Source: Bugula neritina
Taxonomy: Eukaryota > Animalia > Bryozoa
Length of the DNA: 64,000 bases
Direction of reading: 5' to 3'
Assembly: GCA_964035545.1 (NCBI GenBank)
Contig: OZ037768.1
Coordinates: forward strand, 22,663,319 to 22,727,318
The notes beneath the pieces are model-generated. The model saw only the letters and a program-made list of their open reading frames with translations. It had not been told where the DNA came from and ran no database searches. This document shows, in pieces, positions 55,801 through 64,000 of the stretch. Each line of letters begins with the position of its first letter. Positions within the stretch are counted from its first letter, which is position 1. Made by a program: the position numbers and the translations under genes.

Positions 55801-58800
55801 TTTACATTGTGGAATATTTTTTTGTTTTGCACGATATAAAGAGTTGTTTATGAAGTGCTGAAAACCTTTAATATGCTGACTTTAAACTCCCGCTGACTCT
55901 GCATTCCCACTGAATCAGTCTTTCTGCTGACTCTGTATTTCTGCTGACTCTATGTTGCTGATGACTCTGTATTTCTGCTGACTATATAGTTTTTATGGGT
56001 TTGCAGAGACAGCGTACAGATACTGTGGAGCTGATGGTAAATGGAGTTACGACTCTGACAAACATAAGTACAATGTGGATTACGCAAGCTGCATGGAAGC
56101 TGCTAGAGATTTGGACTTGAACTCTGGACTATCTGCTGAGAGTGGAGTAGCAGATTCACCGTTGATACAAGTAAGTTATAAGCATAATATAATATACAGG
56201 TAAGTTATAAGCATATAATAATATACAGGTAAGTTATAAGCATAATATAATATACAGGTAAGTTATAAGCATATAATAATATACAGGTAAGTTATAAGCA
56301 TAATATAATATACAGGTAAGTTATAAGCATATAATAATATACAGGTATGTTATAAGCATAATGTAAGAAAGTACAGGTAAGTTATAAGCATATAATAATA
56401 TACAGGTAAGTTATAAGCATAATATAATAATATACACGTAAGTTATAAGCATATAATAATATACAGGTAAGTTATAAGCATAATATAAGAAAGTACAGGT
56501 CAGTTATAAGCATGTAAAAATATACATTTGTTAAAACATGTTAATTTTTAAGATTTATGTATAATGAAAATGACAGGCAGAGTATCAGAGAAAGAAAACA
56601 TCTTTGGCCACAGTAAAAAATAGTTGATACCTGCAACTTCTTTTAGTTCAATTTAAGTTTTAGTTTGAAGCACTGCTGACATTGTTACGGAAACATGATT
56701 GACGCTTTCTGTGAACTTCTATAAGTACATGTGTACTGTACCTGTCTCAAATAATTTGTTTTGTTTTCGTGCAGAATTAATGTTACACTTTTTACTCTTA
56801 AAACACTTCTAACCTTTCTTCTCACACTCTCTATCTATCAGTATGTTACCACATGTGTGCAGCTGCAAAACCAGTCTTACCACCAATTTCTACACATGTC
56901 ACATGGTCTTGCAGGTGTTCATCAAATGTATTGCATTTTGGTATTGCAGAAGGATTTGGGTAAGAAGAGTGGTTAAGTATTTTACATTACTAAGGAAAAA
57001 CTTGGGCTATTTAGTGGGGCAACTGTCAAGTCACCCTCTACCTTGTGGCAAGTTTGAACTAAGCAACTTCACCTTTTCCCACGCGAACCATCCTACCATG
57101 ACCTTCACTTGTCCTTCTGATGTTACAGGGTCAACTTTGGAACTTAAGGAGGATTTACATCGTAGGAAACACCATATCAGTCACAGCTCTTATCATAGCC
57201 TTAGTTATTATGCTTCTCTTAAGGTAGGTCTAACACTCCTTCCCATAATTTGTCTATTTGTTGATTCTTTGATGATTCACAGATTTTCATTTTCAATTTA
57301 CCCGTAACTTTCACAAACATGACTCATATATTTCTTTCGATTAAAAAGTTTGGTAGTTTTTTCAACTTGGTACAGCAGGTAGTGGGCATAGTTTACCTGC
57401 AGCCACCATCGCTAGTTACCGTGGTTACCATATCTAACAATTGTTTGTTTTACATCAAATAATTGCAGAAGAAAAGGTTTTTTGCTAAGCAAGATTCTGC
57501 TAAACTTACATGTTTGAGAACAATAGGTATAATAATCTTCCAGTTTTCTATCTTCAAGATTCACAAGTAGCATACTAGCTAACAGAATTGAAAGCATTCC
57601 TAATAAGAAATATAGCCAGGATGTTCAATTTTGCTAAAAATACAATTAATTTCATTTGGAAGTTGTGTATATCAAACATTGCATCAACATCTCTTTTGAT
57701 TATTCACAAAAATATGTGTTAAGGACTAAAACTCTGAAAAGAATTTTAGTAGTAATCAAAATGCCATTAATCAGTTTAAGATCTAATTGCAGAAGCAATT
57801 TACAAGTGCACCTTCTAGAATGTTGTAACATTTTCCAAGAGAGAAAATGTTTATTCATTGATTAATCTTTTATCTCTTTTCAGATTTGTCATTGCTGTAA
57901 TGTTTAGAGCTCAATTGTCAATAAATGTAACGCCATAAACTTGTTTATCTCAATTAGTTGGTGAGAAAAACATTACTGTGTGGAAATCCAATTTAATCAT
58001 TATTCTGTCAGAAAGTCCATAATTAAAAATTCTTTAGCAAAACCAGAAATAAATTACTCTGCTTCTATTTTTATCCTTTTTTATAAGCTTTTAAGGATTA
58101 TAAATAATATTTTATGCATACTAATGAAAATCACTAATCTTATAATACCCCTAGGACCTACAAACATGAATGCAAACATTAATGGAGGGGCTATGAATCC
58201 AGTGCATCGGCCAAGACCTCGGTCTATATTTTTAAATATCTTAGACTGGTGTATTGTTAATGTGGGAATTTTGGCCTTAAGGAGGTATAAAAATCCTTTT
58301 CAAAGTAGCGATTGTGAATTTTATGTCCATAATCCAGCTTGTGGTGAATTAACAACCATAATCAGTTAGCTAGAAATACTGATGGACTTCCGTTAGTAGT
58401 TGTGAAACTCTAGAATGGTAACTTATACAATCAGATACAGAGTTGTTCCTTAGTCACCAGCCTCTCTCCGCACCTGTGAATGGTTTCCAGCTCACCTAAA
58501 CCATTATTACCTGAAACAAAGATTTCTGGTTGGGAAACTTGAGTATATTAAAAACATTATTTTGCAAAATAAGATTCAAACCTTTATAAGCACCTTTTTG
58601 AAATTGTCTAGTATCAAATAATATAGACAAAACTAATATCCTGCTACTTGAACAGAACAAAGAAGAGATGGGTGAAGATAGACAAAAATATTATTTATAA
58701 CATTTATTCTAATATACATATCAATATATACTATAATATAATAGATATCAGTTAAAGTGTGTTGTGCTGTTGCCTAACAGACTTCTGTATCATTAAAAAC

Positions 58801-61800
58801 TTTGAAAATGCTAACTCTATTCTTCATAGCATTTCGTACAATCTGAAATACATCTTACGGTAAAAGCAGAAAGACCAAGAATTTAAAACAATTATCAATT
58901 AACATGAAATGACTTACATGCCATTATAGAATGTGCCCAACATATGTTGAAATCGAGTCAATTTCAAGCCCTATGGTGCCATAATAAAGACTTTTATATA
59001 GTCTTTGTGAAGATGCTTGAAGCAAAGCTGTTTATGGACTTTGCCCCAAACTATCCTTACTCTAGCTTTACAGTTTTTCCATGAGTAATTATACGACATC
59101 ATCTGGTGCTACTAGACTATCTGCACAAGAGTTAGATTCTAGGCTACATGAAGGCTTCATTCAGGGGGCTCTGACTACCCCCCCCCCCCCCCCCCTTATG
59201 ATATAATATACTTTGTAGGAGACTGCACTGTCCTAGGAACATAATCCATGTAAATCTGTTTGCCTCCTTTATTCTCCGGGGCTGTGTGCAGCTGCTCACT
59301 GAGATTCTATACGTCAACGTGTTGGCTCTTCCAACTCCTGACCAAACCAACATGGCCGACACCGAGTCCATGATCTCGCAACAAAGTGGAGAAACATCCG
59401 AATATGTAAGTTTTTTCCAACAAGGTATATTTTAAATGTATACTTTTAATTCGACAATACATGGGAGGTCTGATTATATAATTCAGACTGTGGATATAAA
59501 GTTGAAATACAGCAGGCAAATGTTATTGATTAGATTTTTTACCAATAAATGCTGAGATGTGAAAAGATAAAAGGATTTTATTTTAGTTTTAAAGTCAACT
59601 GAAATTAAACTGTAAGCTGTGGCCAATGGCCGCCACATTCTTAATCTTTGAAGTGTTTTCACATAAGTTTGAAAATATTATAACTTTATCTGTTATCATT
59701 ATTGACTATGTACTTACATTGTACTTACTATCAGCTACTATACTGTACATACATGTATTTACTCTTAGCTACTACAGTGTAAATACATTGTACTTACTCC
59801 CAGCTACTGTACTGTACACACATTGTACTTACTCTTGTGCTTGTTCTGTACTTACAGCCGTGGGAATGCAAGCTGCTAACCTCCATCTGGATGTACTCTC
59901 GATTCTCCAACTATGTGTGGATATTTGTGGAAGGATTTTATCTTTACTTCCTTATTTTTGTCAACACCTTTTCTGACAAGAGCAGCATTAAATGGTTCCT
60001 CATGGCTGGTTGGTGTAAGTCACTTAATATATATGTACTTGATTAGGCTAAGTGGTGGTACTTACAGGTAAGTTTAGTAATGGTAAGTGTATGTAAAAGT
60101 AAGTTTAGTAATGGTGAGTAAAAGAAAGTTTAGCTATGGTATACATGCACAGGTGAGTTTAATAATAATACATACATACAAATAAGTTTAATATCTCTAT
60201 TCTTCATATGGTAAACAAACATAATGAGTCATGTATTTTCATTTATTTATAAACGTATGGCAATTATGCTATTTGATTCACTCAGCCAATCTATATCTTT
60301 ATGGAAAAACTGATGGAAGCTATAATAGCAATTTAGATTACATTTATATAGTTTTTAGCTCTGATTGCAACTTCTAATTGCCTAAAAGATATTAATTTCA
60401 GACTATAAATTTAAATATTTAATTGTAAATGTCTCTATTTTTTGCCATTTTTTCATTTTATGTGCATTTAGTGGTGCGCAGTGCTCCATCAAGCTGGAGA
60501 CTAACGCTAGACCTATAAATCTAACTGGGGCAAGTTTTAAAAGAGCTATTGGGTGTTAACCAATGTTGCACCATATAATAACAAGGCAGTTTTAGAAACT
60601 TAGCCTATGATATCTAATATTGGCATAAGTCACTTTTGTTTGTTTTAACTTAACTTTTATTTAGCTCCATTTACAAAAAAAACCATCAATCAATAAATGC
60701 CTAATATTTTGAGCTATTTTTAACTGAATTCATTTATAATATTTCCTCCCGATATCAAAGAGTGTTTACTTTTCTGGCACCCGAGTGAACATAGTATTTC
60801 CTTCCATTTATTTTTACATCCTATGTAGACTAAGTGTACGTACGTAGTGCTTATAGCCTTTACACTTTGGCCTCCTCTTGATTTTCAGAGTTGAGCAAAC
60901 TTGGTACTCAGGCTAATATAATTACATCTCCACCCACAACTATCTTGTTAACAAATATTATGTCTCTAGGCAATTCAGCCTTAGGATTCCAATTCTAACT
61001 CATCTAATGTGCAAAAACCTCTTTCTTTGAAGCTTGACTTTTTTTATACTGCAAAATCTTTACTCTGGAAATATTTATGTTTATTTTTGCAATAAGCATG
61101 ACGTGAAGCCTTAGAATTTTTCTCTGAATCCTAGAAGTAGATGGTTTTAGCCAGCAAATCTCACAAAATAATAATTCTAATTGATTCCTTGTTCACCCAA
61201 CCAACGCTTATTCTATAAAACAGCTTTCAACAGCAAAGCTGTTAGCTTTAAGTCATTAACTCGGTAACCAGTTGGTCACTAAGAAGCGGGCTGTTTTCAA
61301 CACAACAAATTTAAGCTCTCACTATTGCCAGAGAATACAATATTCTATATATAAGAACTAAATCTAACTTTAGTAGGAGTTGTACTGCAAATCAATTTTA
61401 GCCAACTTCTATGTCGTTGAAAAAGCCGAGGTTAGAAACCTCCTAATAGATTACGTCATTTTCAAACTTTTCTAAAACATTATCAGGTTGTTTTGTACAG
61501 CATAAAGTCTAGCAGTTCTGACAAGCAAACAAACAAATATTTTACAGCAATTTTCAATGTAAAGTGAAGCCTCAACACAGTAGAACATGCTGGAATGCTA
61601 TAGTGTTGTTTTTTAATTCTTTTTGACCCTTTAAAAGACTTGCTCACTGTAATCTGAACTAATCTAACTTTGAAAATAAAAGACCTCAAAAATAACTGGT
61701 TGCAAAATTGTTAAAAATGGTGAAACATAATGTGTTGGTTAATCACTCGGCTCTAAGGAAGTTGCCTTAAGCTAAGCTCTCACTAAATGAAAGAGTTTAA

Positions 61801-63063
61801 TTGGATCTGTCAAAATATAAGTTAATAATAACTGTTAATTGGAACTGCCCACACACGCAGGTGGATATCTAATCACATTCAGTAAAATAGCTGATTAATC
61901 TGTTTGAAAATTGCATGTTTGTCGTACAAATTAATTGACATCAGCAAACTTATAGCTGCAACATCATTATATGTTAATATATGCTATATTACTGTATGTT
62001 TTTATATATTATGTTATTATATGCTCATTATAAATATAAATATTAATCATATCTATGTGTTGTCTATTACGAAATCTTTGCATATAATTATGTTAGCTGT
62101 AAATACTAGCAATGACTGCTAAAGGAAAAAATTTAATATACTTTCTTTTAGCAATCCACAACTTCAAGAATTGAAATAGAAAGTTAGATAATTTTTCATC
62201 AATTCAGGTAACTTGCACATGAAGAGGGTTAAAATAATGTAGAAGTTAAACTCATAAAAAGTTTATCCTGTATTAATATACTCAATTAAAAGAATATAAC
62301 AAGATGGTGTGGGTTTCTAATTTTAGGTTCTCCGTTGCTGTTTGTCATACCTTGGGTTCTGGTGAGACTTTATTTTGATGACTTTGGGTAAGTGAATACA
62401 CAGTGCATACATATCTTCAGCCTTGGTGCAAAGTGTACCTTACATGACCTAATGTATGTTATATAGTATATAGCATACTATATAATATACATATAGTATT
62501 ATATAGTATTATATATGTTACATGCTATATACTGTATAGTATCTACTATAATATATAGTATATATATAGTATATATAGTATAAACTAGGGAGCAGCTATA
62601 TGGTCTAGGGGTTTGAGCCCTGACAAAGGCCATTGGTGTTGTTAGGAAGAGCATCCAGTCATAATTGCTCCTGTGCCTCATCTGAATAAGTCCTTAGCCC
62701 GATTTAACAAAAACCCTTTCCGTCAGAGGTTATCACAGGGATTGTAACTATAAACTTGCATGAGATACATAGTATATATAATGCTATAATCTACATATAG
62801 TATATATTGTAATTTTGACCACCACACTGTAAAAATATCATTGTGTCTACTATTCAGCACTATTACACTATAATATAGACATCATTGTGTCTACTATTCA
62901 GTACTATTACACTATAGTATAGATATCATTGTGTTTACTATTCAGTACTATTACACTATAGTATAGACATCATTGTGTTGAAAGGTGTTGGACGAACTAC
63001 TCAGACGCCCAGACCAGAGAGTATACATACATCATATCAGTGCCGATTATAATTCTTACCGTG
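49866..63063 (+). CDS. Class B (secretin-family) GPCR, parathyroid-hormone-receptor-like (partial; rest of TM5, TM6-7 and tail beyond right edge)
   Basis: Exons 49866-49937 (signal peptide), 52858-52963, 55201-55317 (CPIHFDGATCWP..CPDYV), 56007-56170 (AYRYCGADGKW..YASC), 57129-57223 (TM1), 59219-59405 (RLHCPRNIIHVNLFASF), 59858-60014 (WECKL..NYVWIFVEGFYL..GW), 62327-62387 (PW) and 62985-63063 (CW); all phases join. Confidence 0.92.
56165..56512. repeat. 29/30-bp minisatellite (~12 copies) containing the class B GPCR donor
   Basis: Unit ATACAG|GTAAGTTATAAGCATAATATAAT. Confidence 0.95.
62585..62755 (+). mobile_element. tRNA-derived SINE, copy 2 (5' end decayed or truncated)
   Basis: B-box-like GGTTTGAGCCC, then a body homologous to the reverse complement of 7978-8125. 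Confidence 0.7.
62837..62978. repeat. 44-bp tandem repeat (~3.2 copies) ending just before the acceptor at 62984
   Basis: Unit ATCATTGTGTCTACTATTCAGTACTATTACACTATAGTATAGAC. Confidence 0.9.
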
Positions 63064-63539
63064 GTAAGGTAACTCCAAATATACACATACACTACACATA
63101 GCACTAGTATGTAAAATGTTATAATACAATAGTATGTACTATATACACTAGTGTGTAATATATTATAACACTACTTCATGTACTCTATTTGATGGTAGTT
63201 AGACTGGTTTTATTGCTAGTAATGCCAGATTTGTATGCATTTGTTTATACTTTATGGCTTAACGACCAAACATGATTGATGAAAGATTGCAGCTACATTG
63301 ACTGAAATCTGATAATGAAGAATGTGATAACTATTGTTAAAGATGAAATTTAATTCTAGTAAAATTATAGCATATGCATACAACTAGTGTATATATAATA
63401 ATTACAAATGTAATATTTTCATTACTTTAATTCTAAAGAACAAAAAATATTGACGAAGTTCAGAAGCTGTTTAGTCTGTTTGTGTTGGACTATCAAGTGT
63501 TACCTTGACAACTAAAGGACAAAACAAACCGCTTTTAGA

Positions 63540-63722
63540 CTATATACATACTATACATAATTTACCTAATATACATACTATACTTACTATACATATTATA
63601 CTTACTATACATACTATACATAATTTACGTAATATACATACTATACATACTATACTTACTATACATACTATACATACTATACTTACTAAACATAATTTAC
63701 GTAATATACATACTATACTTAC
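63540..63722. repeat. 9-bp-based compound repeat
   Basis: ATACATACT and ATACTTACT units. Confidence 0.85.
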
Positions 63723-64000
63723 TGTTGCAGGAGCTTTTTGGTTGTTTGAGAAAAGCTTTCTGTAAAAGCTTTTGCAATAGCTTTTTACCAGTAGCTTTTG
63801 TTTAATGAGTCAGTACAGCTCAATTTTCCTCTTGTTAAAGATGCAGGCAACTTAAACTTTATTGTCCAAATAATTTTTACAGTTTGAGTTTTGTGAAAAA
63901 TATAACTGTTGGCAAAAGGTTGAGTTAAGAGGCCTGCATCTGTGTAACCAGCATACAGCATCCGTGCTGACACACATATTATACACACCATACATACTAT

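Noticed and set aside
56761-58369. ORFs of 71-154 aa inside the class B GPCR
   Set aside because: Intronic or out-of-frame readings; the real exon here is 57129-57223.
63731-63810. TTGCAG acceptor as the next class B GPCR exon
   Set aside because: The phase-0 translation lacks the expected TM5 N-F-x-x-F motif and soon hits a stop.

Overview
Gene-dense, AT-rich animal (bilaterian invertebrate, probably lophotrochozoan; inference) genomic DNA with spliceosomal GT-AG introns. Left to right: C12orf56/DUF4551 homologue (-, runs off the left edge) head-to-head with TUBGCP4 (+); an unrecognised multi-exon gene (-); NABP/SOSS-B (-) head-to-head with a coiled-like Ly6 gene (+); tRNA-Ser(CGA); CEP120 (-), which hosts an antisense rhodopsin-class GPCR in a 5-kb intron; a solitary 5S rRNA gene; and a PTH-receptor-like class B GPCR (+, runs off the right edge). 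There are also two copies of a tRNA-derived SINE, a MITE with an 8-bp TSD and many intronic minisatellites. Best leads: (1) the nested GPCR can splice in frame to a ~300-aa disordered tail carrying calcineurin (PxIxIT, LxVP), PP1 (RVxF) and PDZ motifs, with a possible short isoform; (2) minisatellites repeatedly nucleate on splice sites; (3) three tandem miR-1 8mer sites in the Ly6 3'UTR; (4) an orphan gene with an intronic RFX X-box cluster; (5) a 7-unit heat-shock element in a CEP120 intron. Gene identities come from remembered family motifs and exon chains were assembled by hand; no database searches were run.
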